A stretch of 59,553 bases of DNA from Candidatus Puniceispirillaceae bacterium (GTDB taxonomy: Bacteria > Pseudomonadota > Alphaproteobacteria > Puniceispirillales > Puniceispirillaceae), in contig JBMHCK010000074.1 of the NCBI GenBank assembly GCA_049889955.1, forward strand, positions 1 to 59,553. The letters run 5' to 3'. Both the position numbers and the translations under genes were made by a program. The notes beneath the pieces are model-generated. The model made no database searches and was not told the DNA's origin. It was given only the letters and a program-made list of their open reading frames with translations. Positions 1 to 10,299 of the stretch are shown piece after piece. Numbering within the stretch: the stretch's first letter is position 1; each line of letters starts with the position of its first letter.

Positions 1-3000
1 TTCTGCAACCAATGGCACACTGCCAATAATATTGGATATCAAATTAGCGGGTATCAGATTACCGCTTACATCCAACACTCTTTTTTGTTTATCAACAGTT
101 CCCAGTAACGAAATGCCCAATGCTGACCCGCTGGCCTGGACCAGTTCCAGATTGTGCATATCCCCATTTGAATGGATAATGGCATGCCCACGCGCAAAGG
201 CTGTTCCCTCTCCTTCTACCAGACCATATAGGCCAGCCAGTGATAAAACAGAAAACATTCGAACCGCGGTTGGAGCCTCTATCACCACGAAATCATCTAC
301 ATCAAATCTGGTGCTATAGCGTTTAAAATCTGCCGTGGCAAAATCGGTTTGCATATGTAATTTACCCTGACGCACAGCATCTGTAACCCCAAGGCCAGCA
401 AGCACTCTGCCCGCCTTTTCAGAATCGATAATCAGCCGGGCACCACCTGTATCATTGGGGGTATAGGATAAATCAGCCTCAGCACCACCGATCAGCCCAA
501 CCCCTTTTAAATATTCGCCATCTGGCCCAAAGCGGGTTTGCAAGCTGGCCTCCGTGACCAAGGCTTTGGAATGGACATAGAGCGCGCCTTGTAAATTGGC
601 AGCCCCATTACCATCGGGGCGCGTATTACCTTTTAATGCCCCTGAAAAGCTAAGGGTTGGTCCAATAACAATTCGGTCTGCGGTCACATCAAAATTAATC
701 TCTAGCCCTTGTTTAATTTGATTATCGCGGCGCAAGGGCTGCAGGTTCAGGGTTTTACCTTCTGCAGTAAAGGATAAGCTGGCATCGGTGCTTCTCTCGA
801 ATAAAACCGAAGATAGCTCGGTTCCTGGAAAGACCAGATCTTCCAGCAAGCCAAAGCTTGGTATGCCCCTGTCATCCATTGCTAGCCGCCCTTTTGCGCG
901 CAGACTGCCGGTTTCGATATCAATCGCTTCGATGGTGGTCAGCTTGCCATCTTCAAAGACAAGCTGGGCATTTATAAAGCCGCTTTCCCCCTGTAGCTTT
1001 GCCCATTCAAATGTATCATGCTGGACACCCAAATCAGTGACATCCGAGCGCAGATTAACCTTTACATCTCTACTACCTAGCTGGCTGGTGATATTCAGCC
1101 TGGCTGCCGCCGCGCCGGACAGTGGCCAGCCCACCCGCTGTGCCAGCCATTCTGGAAGTTTTTCCGAATTCGCCAGCCGCAATTGTAATTCAATATTTTT
1201 ATCTGCCAATTGATGGTAGCTGAAATCACTATCCACTCCGGACAGGCGGCCCGATCCTGAAATCTGTGTCTCACCACCAGCTACCGATATCACCAGCGTG
1301 CCATCGCGCAAATGCTGGTCTAGCGGCAGCCCATCGATATCCGCTTCAGAGAGAGTCGCATCAACGCTGATATTACCTATCTTCAGCCGCCCTTCATGCG
1401 GGGTCTGGCCGTTGAGTGTGAAGGTAAAACGACTTTTTCCAGCTAGGGTCAGCGGACGCAGTCCCAACTTGTCTATCTGGTTAATTTTTGGATGATCTAA
1501 AAGCGTTAAAATATCGGCCACATCACCGGCAGCCAAGGTTTTAAATTGCAGCTCTCTTGTCCCGCGATATTCCAGCAACGGCCCATAGCTTATCTGAGCC
1601 TGTTCAACCGATAGGCTATTGGCCTGTCCAGCCTCAAAGCTGCCGATAAGCATATTATCGTTAAAATCAATCTGCCCGGCTAACTGTTCGACCGGGGCAA
1701 GCCCTTCATGCATCTGATAGCTCAGCTTTTGGAATGGCAGGCTGCCTTCCAGACTGACTGCACGAAACTTTTCTCCCTCATTTGCCAGAACGATATTTAG
1801 CTGGCCATCGGTAATATGCCCATGATCCAGGTGGCGGTCCATCCAGCCTGTTACTTTCTGGGCAAATCCGGCAGGCCACAGATGACGGGCAAGTTGAAGA
1901 TCCATTTCTGGCAGGCTTAACTTGATTTCAGCCGCAGGCTTATCCTTGCCGCTTGTGCGTCTGCCACTAGCCAAAAGCTGTCCATGTTGATCAAAATCCA
2001 CAAATAAATTCTGCAACAGAGTTTCGCTGGGTTGATGACGCCAAACCGCATCCAGACGCGGAATTTTAACCGTCGGGTCAAATCCGGATAGCCGGGCAAA
2101 GCCATCTCGCAAAGAGAGCGACCCCATTGCAGTCTGGATATTGCCGCCTGCCCCCAATTCCATTTCAAACTGCCCGCCTAGCGTACCTACAAATGTCTGA
2201 TATTGGGCATCTTTATAGGAAAGTCGTAAATTGGTTACTTCACCTGACAGGCCAAGAGAAGAGATATCAACCTGTTGCTGTGCCCAATTCAGCCCGCCTT
2301 TGACCTGCAGCGCGATGGTTCGCAATCGCCCACCAGAGCTGTTTTCAGAAATAAATTTATGCAGCTCAGGGGCCTGGCCTGCTGGCCATTTATCTAGCAG
2401 ATCTCGGACCGCGATATCATCTGCGACCAGTTGCCCGGACAGCATCGCTCTATCACTTTTTACGCCATTTATCACCGCAGAGAGAACAAAGGATTTACCA
2501 TCCGCAAATGCCAGGCTGGCTTCCGATATTTTTAAAATATTATCTGCAGCGCTATAATCAAATTCAGCTGCCAGCGTTTTAAACGCATCGCCAAATTCCG
2601 AGAATAAGCCGAACTCTAAACGGCCATCTGTTGCCGTAGCAGACCCGCTTAATATCTGCAGCCTGCCCTCATCAAACGAGCCGGAAAATCTAGCCGATAT
2701 GCGGCCCGGCTGAATAGGCTGTTTGCCTGTATAGGGGACCAGATGGCTGGCCAGTGCGGCGGTTCTGAAATGCTGTGTTTCCAGTGTAAAATCGATAAGT
2801 TTGGAAAACAGATTGGCGCGCGCTGAAAACCGTAATTGCGGGATGAGTTCGCCGGCATTTACCGCCTGCGACAGCCGCAAAGAAAGGCTGATATTTCCAT
2901 TGGCGAATACCCCACCTTCCGGGGCGGCTACCAGATACATATTTTCAAAACGCATATCTTGCCAATTTTCATTATCGCCGCTGATGTCCAGCTCCTTTGC

Positions 3001-3498
3001 CCGCACCCGTAACTCTAGCAGCCCCTCTGGCCAAAACGCGCCTATCTGCGAGAGTATATTCGGGCTGAGAGGGTCGACAACTGAGGAGGTGGCTGGCTGG
3101 CTGTAGGGAAATTTTTCAACCTGCCAGCCAGTTTCAGTATGGGTAACAGACAGGGCATCGACATCAATCAAAACCGCGGTTGGCATTTGTTTAACAACAG
3201 AGGCAGAGGTAAATATCAAATCAATATTGGGAACATCTATGGATTGATTATTGGCTTCCAGACGGACCATATTTCCAGTTATCACCAATGCCTTGCGCTG
3301 GGGATCAATTCGCCAGCCTAAAGTATCAAAGCTCACTGAAACAGCTGGAAAGCGTTCCTGCAGATAGCCAGACAGCGCGGTATTTAGACCACCTTTATTA
3401 TGCACCCATACCGCTATTGTGCCTGCCAGCACGCCAGACAGGCTGATAACCACCAAAAGTGTGAGAATCAAAAATTTCAACACCCGTCGCATGATCAT
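1..3498 (-). CDS. AsmA-like / YhdP (DUF3971) family outer-membrane lipid-bridge protein, 3' end runs off the window
   Basis: Manually read start at 3498 (or 3492): MIMRRVLKFLILTLLVVISLSGVLAGTIAVWVH, an N-terminal TM anchor. The same frame reads ...GNLIPANLISNIIGSVPLVAE at position 1, typical of the AsmA-like C-terminal region. Its absence from the ORF track is consistent with no stop codon inside the window. Divergent from bcp, a common alphaproteobacterial arrangement. Confidence 0.8.
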   Translation of the reverse strand, partial: MIMRRVLKFLILTLLVVISLSGVLAGTIAVWVHNKGGLNTALSGYLQERFPAVSVSFDTLGWRIDPQRKALVITGNMVRLEANNQSIDVPNIDLIFTSASVVKQMPTAVLIDVDALSVTHTETGWQVEKFPYSQPATSSVVDPLSPNILSQIGAFWPEGLLELRVRAKELDISGDNENWQDMRFENMYLVAAPEGGVFANGNISLSLRLSQAVNAGELIPQLRFSARANLFSKLIDFTLETQHFRTAALASHLVPYTGKQPIQPGRISARFSGSFDEGRLQILSGSATATDGRLEFGLFSEFGDAFKTLAAEFDYSAADNILKISEASLAFADGKSFVLSAVINGVKSDRAMLSGQLVADDIAVRDLLDKWPAGQAPELHKFISENSSGGRLRTIALQVKGGLNWAQQQVDISSLGLSGEVTNLRLSYKDAQYQTFVGTLGGQFEMELGAGGNIQTAMGSLSLRDGFARLSGFDPTVKIPRLDAVWRHQPSETLLQNLFVDFDQHGQLLASGRRTSGKDKPAAEIKLSLPEMDLQLARHLWPAGFAQKVTGWMDRHLDHGHITDGQLNIVLANEGEKFRAVSLEGSLPFQKLSYQMHEGLAPVEQLAGQIDFNDNMLIGSFEAGQANSLSVEQAQISYGPLLEYRGTRELQFKTLAAGDVADILTLLDHPKINQIDKLGLRPLTLAGKSRFTFTLNGQTPHEGRLKIGNISVDATLSEADIDGLPLDQHLRDGTLVISVAGGETQISGSGRLSGVDSDFSYHQLADKNIELQLRLANSEKLPEWLAQRVGWPLSGAAAARLNITSQLGSRDVKVNLRSDVTDLGVQHDTFEWAKLQGESGFINAQLVFEDGKLTTIEAIDIETGSLRAKGRLAMDDRGIPSFGLLEDLVFPGTELSSVLFERSTDASLSFTAEGKTLNLQPLRRDNQIKQGLEINFDVTADRIVIGPTLSFSGALKGNTRPDGNGAANLQGALYVHSKALVTEASLQTRFGPDGEYLKGVGLIGGAEADLSYTPNDTGGARLIIDSEKAGRVLAGLGVTDAVRQGKLHMQTDFATADFKRYSTRFDVDDFVVIEAPTAVRMFSVLSLAGLYGLVEGEGTAFARGHAIIHSNGDMHNLELVQASGSALGISLLGTVDKQKRVLDVSGNLIPANLISNIIGSVPLVAE

Positions 3499-3692
3499 CT
3501 CATTTAACGCCTACCCTTTTGTGAACGTGTCACTATTTACCACCCTTTTTCGCCGCCCCTGACAGAGCCAGAGACATCACCGCGATATAGTTACCTGATA
3601 TTCTGTTTTGAACTATATGTCTTTTTTTTATTCCATACTATATAATGTCGCATAACCCCTAGCGATATAATGCCTTTTTTGGAGACAGTTTT

Positions 3693-4154
3693 ATGATTGA
3701 AACCGGACAATTAGCGCCTTCAATATCCCTGATGACAGATCAAGGCCAATTTACTTTGTCGGAACATATTGGCAAAAATGTGATACTCTTCTTCTTTCCG
3801 AAAGCAGACACCTCAGGCTGCACCAAAGAAGCGATAGCTTTTTCTGCCCTTCAGGCCGAATTCGAGGCGGCCAACACCCTTGTTATCGGCATCTCTAAAG
3901 ATAAAGCCGAAAAACAGGCCAAATTCCGGGAAAAGCACGGCCTGACCTGCTTGCTTGGGGCAGATATTGATGGCGATGTATGTGAAGCCTTTGGGGTATG
4001 GGTTGAAAAATCCATGTATGGACGCAAATATATGGGCATCCAGCGCGCCACCTTTATCATTAATGCAGATGGGCGCATTGGTCGTATCTGGCCAAAGGTG
4101 AAGGTACCTGGCCATGCAGAAGAAGTATTGGAGCATGTTCAGGCAGGCGGCTAA
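3693..4154 (+). CDS. bcp: Peroxiredoxin Q / bacterioferritin comigratory protein
   Basis: FFFPKADTSGCTKEA peroxidatic motif; VWVEKSMYGRKYMGIQRATF; KVKVPGHAEEVL. Confidence 0.93.
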   Translation: MIETGQLAPSISLMTDQGQFTLSEHIGKNVILFFFPKADTSGCTKEAIAFSALQAEFEAANTLVIGISKDKAEKQAKFREKHGLTCLLGADIDGDVCEAFGVWVEKSMYGRKYMGIQRATFIINADGRIGRIWPKVKVPGHAEEVLEHVQAGG

Positions 4155-4216
4155 TTCGCGCCCAATTCACCTGACTTTCCCGAATGATTAGAATGTCCAA
4201 AACATACCGTCTTTAG

Positions 4217-5044
4217 ATGTCTGATATCAGCCCTGCTATCCTTGCCGCTTATGCCTGCACAGACCCGCTTGAAAAAGCCCGACTAGCGGCAAAAACTTAC
4301 GCCGATCTTTTGAACGGGGTGTATAGCCATGCTGCGCCTATTTCCATTGGTCTGCGTCCTGGCCGGCCAGACAAGCCTGAATTGCTGGCCCCGCGTTTTG
4401 TACCCAGGCGGCGGATCAGCAAGGGCAAAACCGGGCGTATAGCCCTGCTTCATGCGATTGCCCATATAGAGCTGAATGCGATTGATTTATCACTGGATAT
4501 TGCGGTGCGCTATACAGATTATGGACTGCCTTTTGATTTTGTAAGGGACTGGATGTCTGTTGCCAGTGATGAAGCTCGCCATTTTACCCTATTACACCAC
4601 CGCCTTGAGGCACTGGGCAGTTTCTATGGCGCGCTTCCTGCCCATGATGGATTGTGGGAAGCAGCGGTAAAAACCGCTTCTGATTTGGCCGGACGTCTGG
4701 CGATTGCCCCACTAGTACTCGAGGCGCGCGGCCTGGATGTCACCCCGCAGCTAATTGATAAAATGCGCGAGGTCGAAGATGAAGACTCTGCCAAAATTCT
4801 GGAGATCATCATGACAGATGAGGTCGGCCATGTCGGCACAGGCAAAAGATGGTTTGATTATGTCTGCGGTTGCGAGCGGCGCGATCCTATCTCTAGCTGG
4901 CAAAGTTTGGTTAAGCAATATTTCAATGGCGCCCTAAAGCCGCCCTTTAATATTCCGGCACGCACCGCTGCCCGGTTTTCCTCAGCCTTTTATGGCCCGC
5001 TAGCAGCCGAGCAAGCCAAAGTCGAGCAAGCCAAAGCAGAATAA
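4217..5044 (+). CDS. Ferritin-like di-iron protein (DUF455)
   Basis: LLHAIAHIELNAIDL, DEARHF, EARGLD, DEVGHV (ExxH di-iron ligands). Confidence 0.88.
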   Translation: MSDISPAILAAYACTDPLEKARLAAKTYADLLNGVYSHAAPISIGLRPGRPDKPELLAPRFVPRRRISKGKTGRIALLHAIAHIELNAIDLSLDIAVRYTDYGLPFDFVRDWMSVASDEARHFTLLHHRLEALGSFYGALPAHDGLWEAAVKTASDLAGRLAIAPLVLEARGLDVTPQLIDKMREVEDEDSAKILEIIMTDEVGHVGTGKRWFDYVCGCERRDPISSWQSLVKQYFNGALKPPFNIPARTAARFSSAFYGPLAAEQAKVEQAKAE

Positions 5045-5064
5045 TAAAGATAGAGCCGGACAGG

Positions 5065-6174
5065 CTAGGTCCGAGTAGAGCCTACCCGTGCGGCAAGGCT
5101 GGCCTCAACAAACGCATCCAGATCCCCATCCAGAACCGCTTGCGAATTACCAGTTTCCACATTTGTGCGTAAATCCTTAACCATCTGGTAGGGATGTAAA
5201 ACATAAGATCGGATTTGGCTGCCCCAGCCAATCTCAGACTTGCTGGCATTGCCATCTGAGGCCGCCTCTTCACGCTTTTGCAATTCCAGCTCATAAAGAC
5301 GGGCTTTCAACATATTCATCGCGGTGGCCCGGTTGCGATGCTGGCTGCGATCTGACTGGCACTGAACCACGATATTGGTTGGCAAATGGGTGATGCGAAT
5401 AGCTGAATCGGTTGTATTCACATGCTGACCGCCCGCACCGGATGAGCGATAGGTATCAATACGCAAATCTTTTTCTTCGATAGTAATATCAATATTTTCA
5501 TCCACCTCAGGATAAATCCAGACAGAAGCAAAGCTGGTATGGCGCCGGGCAGAACTATCATAGGGCGAGATGCGAACCAGGCGATGCACCCCGGATTCTG
5601 TTTTCATCCAGCCATATGCATTCACCCCGCTAACCCGCAAGGTTGCTGATTTGATACCTGCTTCCTCGCCATCACTTTCCTCGATGGTCTCTAGCTTAAA
5701 GCCGCGCCCCTCGGCCCATCTGGAATACATCCGTAGCAACATGGATGCCCAATCCTGAGCCTCTGTGCCGCCTGCGCCCGGGTGAATTTCAATAAAGCAA
5801 TTATTACCGTCTGCCTCTCCGGACAAAAGCGATTCCAGTTGTTTTTTGCTCGCGATCTGGGCAAGTTCCTGCAGCGCTTTCACTGCCTCTGCTACCATTT
5901 CAGTATCATTTTCTTCTTCGGCCAGCTCCATCAGTTCGGTATGCTCTGCCAGCCCATTTTCCAGCATTCTGATAGCGTCAATTTGCTGATCCAAATGGTT
6001 TTTCTCGCGCATTATTTTTTGAGCGATAGCCTGATCATCCCAAAAATCGGCACGGGAAATTTGCGCCTCGAAATCGCTTTGGCGCTGCAAGGCAGGCTCC
6101 CAGTCAATATGGCGCCGAAGCAGGTCTATTGCTGATTGAATAGTATCAACATCTGGTTGCGATTCAGTCTGCAT
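5065..6174 (-). CDS. prfB: Peptide chain release factor 2, single uninterrupted frame
   Basis: GGQ motif (SGAGGQHVN), SPY tripeptide (RISPYDS), GWGSQIRSYVLHPY. Confidence 0.97.
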   Translation of the reverse strand: MQTESQPDVDTIQSAIDLLRRHIDWEPALQRQSDFEAQISRADFWDDQAIAQKIMREKNHLDQQIDAIRMLENGLAEHTELMELAEEENDTEMVAEAVKALQELAQIASKKQLESLLSGEADGNNCFIEIHPGAGGTEAQDWASMLLRMYSRWAEGRGFKLETIEESDGEEAGIKSATLRVSGVNAYGWMKTESGVHRLVRISPYDSSARRHTSFASVWIYPEVDENIDITIEEKDLRIDTYRSSGAGGQHVNTTDSAIRITHLPTNIVVQCQSDRSQHRNRATAMNMLKARLYELELQKREEAASDGNASKSEIGWGSQIRSYVLHPYQMVKDLRTNVETGNSQAVLDGDLDAFVEASLAARVGSTRT

Positions 6175-6235
6175 GTAAACGACCTTGCATAAATGTCAGG
6201 TAAAAAACAGAAGCCTTGTGCTTGACAAGGAGGTA

Positions 6236-8662
6236 TCAATACAAAGCCGGTGCGTCAACTCCTGACTCTGGCTTCTCGTCTGGCAGGTCAATTAAAATCC
6301 CGGATTTTGGCCGTTGGCCCGGCTTAAAGACTTCCAACACCGCCATCTTATCATCATGGCGTACTCGCTCGCCTGTTTCGGCGTGAACAGGCACAAGGCT
6401 GATCCCGCCAGGGCGGCGGAACGGTATAGCCGGAGCATTTGCCAGCGCATCTATCATGAAATCTTTAAAAATCGGAACCGCCGCTGTAGAGCCTGTCTCT
6501 GATTTACCCAAGGGGCGCGGCACGTCATACCCAACATAGACCCCGACCACCAAATCAGGAGAAAAACCGATAAACCACGCATTGGTATTATCATTTGTGG
6601 TACCGGTTTTGCCAGCTAAAACCAGCCCGCTATCGGCGATACGCCGCCCGGTCCCTCTGGTAACCACCCCTTCAAGCATAGAGACCATCTGATAGGCAGA
6701 AGCCGGATCGGTCAGCTGTTCGCGGGTTTCAGCCAATACAGGAATAGGCTGATTTTGCCATCCATCCGGGGCCGCACAGGCCTGACAATCACGCAGATCA
6801 TGGCGCAAAATAGTATGGCCATACCGGTCCTGAATTCGGTCAATCAGGCTGACATCAATCTTGCGACCGCCATTCACCAGCTGGCCATAGGCAGCGGTTA
6901 ATTGCAGCAAAGTAGTCTCGCCCGCACCCAGAGACATCGACAGATAAGGCGGCATTTCCTTATCAATGCCAAATCTGGCTGCATAATCCTGAACCGTGGG
7001 CATACCTATCGCCATTGCCAGTCTAGCGGTCATCAAATTACGCGATTTTTCGATACCCACCCGCATGATAGAGGGACCATAAAATTGCTTTGTGTAATTG
7101 GCAGGCTTCCATTTTGGCTTGCCTTGCCCTTGATCCAGCGCCAAAGGGGCATCCAGAATCCGGGTGGTAGGCGAGTAACCTTTATCCAATGCCGCCAGAT
7201 AGACGAAGGGTTTGAACGCAGAACCAGGTTGCCGGCGCGCCTGGGTCGCCCGGTTAAATTCAGATACCCGGTAATCATACCCCCCCACCAAGGACAGCAT
7301 TCGGCCCGTATGCGGGTCAAGAACCACGATTGCCCCTTCCACATCGGGACGTTGACCCAGGGCAAATTCGCCAGGCTGCGGCTGATACCCCTGTTTCAGC
7401 AAATCTTTCGCTTCAGCAGGTGGCTGGACAATTACAATATCATCTATCGCCAATGCCTCTTTCAGCGAGGTAAGCGGCGGCGGGCGCACCCCATCTGCAC
7501 GGCGCGGCGGATAGGCCCATTTTGCCAATTCAAAAGGAATAGTAGCCGCCTGGCCGTTCACATAAATCCGGGCGCGGTCATCGCTAACCTCTGTGACCAG
7601 CGCTGCATAACGTAAATCTGGCAGCGCCTTTGTATATTCGGCAAGCTGGGCATCCAGCTCGGCACCTTGATCAATGCGCCCCAATGGCCCACGCCACCCC
7701 TGCCGCCTGTCCAGCGCTTCCAGCCCCTCGCGCAAAGCCCGCTCGGCCTTTTTCTGTAAGACAGAATCCAGCGTTGAGCGGACAGATAGCCCACCGCCAT
7801 ACAGCGTGTCTGAGCCAAAACGGTCTATCAGCAGGCGGCGTATTTCTTCGGTGAAATAGGGGGCGCTAACCTCGTCAAAACCGGAAGGGGGGCGAATACC
7901 CAATGGCCGTGCCTGAGCATCTGCGGCCTCAGCTGCGATAATATAGCCATTTTCCTGCATTTGTTTTAGCACCCAGTTGCGGCGGCCAATCGCGGCTTTG
8001 GTTTTGCGCATGGGATGATAATTAGAAGGGGCCTTTGGCAGTGCCGCCAGATAGGCCATTTCATGTAAATCCAGCTTATCCAGAGCCTTGTCAAAATAAT
8101 TTAACGCCGCCGCCGCTACGCCATAGCTGCCATACCCCAGATAAATTTCGTTTAGATATAGGGCCAATATCTGTTCTTTGGAAAAGGCACGTTCCATTCG
8201 AATAGCCAATATCGCTTCCTTGATTTTTCGATCAATAGACAGCTCATTGGTCAGTAAAAAGTTTTTTGCTACCTGTTGGGTAATCGTAGACGCGCCAATT
8301 GGTCGGCGCCCGGTTCCCATCGCCGCGATATTGGTTACCACCGCCCTGGCAAGGGCAATAGGGTCAACGCCGGGATGCTGGTAGAACGCCTTATCCTCTG
8401 CAGATAAAAATGCATGTACCAATTGCGGGGGCATCGCCCCTACAGGCACGAACAATCTTTTCTGCGTGGCAAATTCTGCTAGCAAGGCGCCATTACCTGC
8501 ATGCACACGGCTTGCCACTGGCGGCTCATAGCGCGATAGCTGATGATAGGGGGGCAAGTCCTGACCCCATTTCCAGAACACCCACAATATCGCTGTAAAG
8601 CCAGCTATTCCCAAAAACAGGGTTACTAAAAATAGTCTGAAAAGAATTTTCACCATACCCAT
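6236..8662 (-). CDS. mrcA: Penicillin-binding protein 1A (transglycosylase/transpeptidase)
   Basis: AEDKAFY, GASTITQQVAKN, RKIKE glycosyltransferase motifs; SAFK, SRN, KTGTT transpeptidase motifs; N-terminal TM. Confidence 0.95.
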   Translation of the reverse strand: MGMVKILFRLFLVTLFLGIAGFTAILWVFWKWGQDLPPYHQLSRYEPPVASRVHAGNGALLAEFATQKRLFVPVGAMPPQLVHAFLSAEDKAFYQHPGVDPIALARAVVTNIAAMGTGRRPIGASTITQQVAKNFLLTNELSIDRKIKEAILAIRMERAFSKEQILALYLNEIYLGYGSYGVAAAALNYFDKALDKLDLHEMAYLAALPKAPSNYHPMRKTKAAIGRRNWVLKQMQENGYIIAAEAADAQARPLGIRPPSGFDEVSAPYFTEEIRRLLIDRFGSDTLYGGGLSVRSTLDSVLQKKAERALREGLEALDRRQGWRGPLGRIDQGAELDAQLAEYTKALPDLRYAALVTEVSDDRARIYVNGQAATIPFELAKWAYPPRRADGVRPPPLTSLKEALAIDDIVIVQPPAEAKDLLKQGYQPQPGEFALGQRPDVEGAIVVLDPHTGRMLSLVGGYDYRVSEFNRATQARRQPGSAFKPFVYLAALDKGYSPTTRILDAPLALDQGQGKPKWKPANYTKQFYGPSIMRVGIEKSRNLMTARLAMAIGMPTVQDYAARFGIDKEMPPYLSMSLGAGETTLLQLTAAYGQLVNGGRKIDVSLIDRIQDRYGHTILRHDLRDCQACAAPDGWQNQPIPVLAETREQLTDPASAYQMVSMLEGVVTRGTGRRIADSGLVLAGKTGTTNDNTNAWFIGFSPDLVVGVYVGYDVPRPLGKSETGSTAAVPIFKDFMIDALANAPAIPFRRPGGISLVPVHAETGERVRHDDKMAVLEVFKPGQRPKSGILIDLPDEKPESGVDAPALY

Positions 8663-8698
8663 TTTACTAAGCGCGAATTACGGCAGACTTATGGCCAA

Positions 8699-10156
8699 TT
8701 ACCGCCCAGACCCCTCTAACCAGACCAGCACGGCCTTGGCAATTTGCCGTGTTAATTTATCCCGGTAACGGCTGGAATTCAGATTTTTTTCATCGCTTGC
8801 GTTACTCAGAAAACCCATTTCCACCAGCACCGAAGGCACATCTGGCGATTTTAACACCGCAAAGCCTGCAAATCTGTGACCGCGTTTATCACCGCCTGGA
8901 AACCCTTTTATCTCGTTCAATATAGCTCTGGCCAAATGGGCAGATTCATTCATTGTCTCGCGCTGGAACATGCCTAGCAGCGCATTGGCAGCCAATGGAT
9001 CTTCTGCGCCCAAATCAGGGCCACCAATTAAATCTGCTTTATTCTCTTTTTTTGCCAGATAGGCAGCTTCCTTATCAGAAGCTTTATCCGAGAGCGAAAA
9101 CACCGAAATGCCGCGCGCAGATGTCCGCGGGGCTGAATCTGCATGTAGCGAGATAAAGGCATCCGCCCCCATATCCCGCGCAATCTGAATGCGCTTACGC
9201 AGCTTTAAATAGCTGTCACCAGATCGCACCAATCTGGCGGTTATCTTGCCAGAAGCATTTAAATGTTTGGCCAGCTGTTTTGCGGCCGCAAGCGTGATTT
9301 TCTTCTCATAGGTGCCATGCTTGCCGATGGCGCCCGGATCATTGCCGCCATGCCCGGCATCAATCGCCACTACCCAGCGCTTGGGACGGGGGCTTGGCAC
9401 GCCGATAGTGACTGCGCGCCCGGATAGGCTGGCCGCCACATCCCGCGCTGCCCCTTTGCTAGCCGATGCGGTGGCAGGCGGCGGAAGAGCATTTTGCCCA
9501 AAACTGCCACTTGCTGCCTGAAACGTGCCATCTGCCAGCACTTTTTGGGCCAGGCGAAAAGAAATCTCGCCCCTATCCATCAGGTCAATCACCAAACGAT
9601 GGCCCTTACCATTTGGCGGTAGCGTAAAGGCCCGTTCAGGCGAGGCTGGCCGAGCTAATTCGATAACCAGCCTTCCAGAGTTTGGCTGAGGATGTCCAAA
9701 CCTATAGGCGGTTGCTGGCAGTTGGTCCAGCTGGCCTGCTGCAGGCAACCCCTCTACCGCCCATTCCATCTGCGGATAATCCAGAACCAAACGCCAGGGA
9801 TCCGATAATAACAGCATTTTAGCTGGCTGCGGGGCAGTGGTTTCCACCACCAGCCGTAGCGCGGTTTGCCCGTCAATCTGGACCGTGCCTAGCCGCATCG
9901 CTGTCAGGCTATTCTGGGCAAAGGCTGGTTGGCTATGCACCATATTTAGCAGCAGGCTGGCCAACAGAAAAAATACACAAGCCAGTGGCCGTAGAAGCTG
10001 GTTTTTGCTCCCCTCCCGGCGCTGCGCAACTATTGGCCCTGGCGCTGAGGGCAGCTGGTGATGTAAAGCGGTGTGATATGCCATCGCCGTCCCGGATTGC
10101 AACATGGTATGCATGCTGCCAGTTACCTTTTTTGGCAATTCCCAATCGCCAATCAA
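8699..10156 (-). CDS. amiC: N-acetylmuramoyl-L-alanine amidase (AMIN + Amidase_3); true start probably downstream of 10156
   Basis: IDAGHGGNDPGA, FISLHAD, VPSVLVEMGFLSN; rne-amiC-mrcA-prfB synteny. Confidence 0.9.
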   Translation of the reverse strand: MIGDWELPKKVTGSMHTMLQSGTAMAYHTALHHQLPSAPGPIVAQRREGSKNQLLRPLACVFFLLASLLLNMVHSQPAFAQNSLTAMRLGTVQIDGQTALRLVVETTAPQPAKMLLLSDPWRLVLDYPQMEWAVEGLPAAGQLDQLPATAYRFGHPQPNSGRLVIELARPASPERAFTLPPNGKGHRLVIDLMDRGEISFRLAQKVLADGTFQAASGSFGQNALPPPATASASKGAARDVAASLSGRAVTIGVPSPRPKRWVVAIDAGHGGNDPGAIGKHGTYEKKITLAAAKQLAKHLNASGKITARLVRSGDSYLKLRKRIQIARDMGADAFISLHADSAPRTSARGISVFSLSDKASDKEAAYLAKKENKADLIGGPDLGAEDPLAANALLGMFQRETMNESAHLARAILNEIKGFPGGDKRGHRFAGFAVLKSPDVPSVLVEMGFLSNASDEKNLNSSRYRDKLTRQIAKAVLVWLEGSGR

Positions 10157-10299
10157 GCCTTAATTCTGACAAATGTCTTTTATAAACGGTTGCGAGGATA
10201 AACCAGCCATGCCTGCCTGACCAGCCCGAATCATTACCTAAAACAGCGCAATATTATGAAATGATTTTGAAAAGCTGATTTTTCCTGTATAGTGAGAAC

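Noticed and set aside
32-3321. Many short ORFs on both strands in the first 3.3 kb
   Set aside because: Shadows of the long AsmA-like minus-strand frame; no recognisable motifs.
6902-7615. 237-aa plus-strand ORF
   Set aside because: Fully antisense to PBP1A, with no family features.
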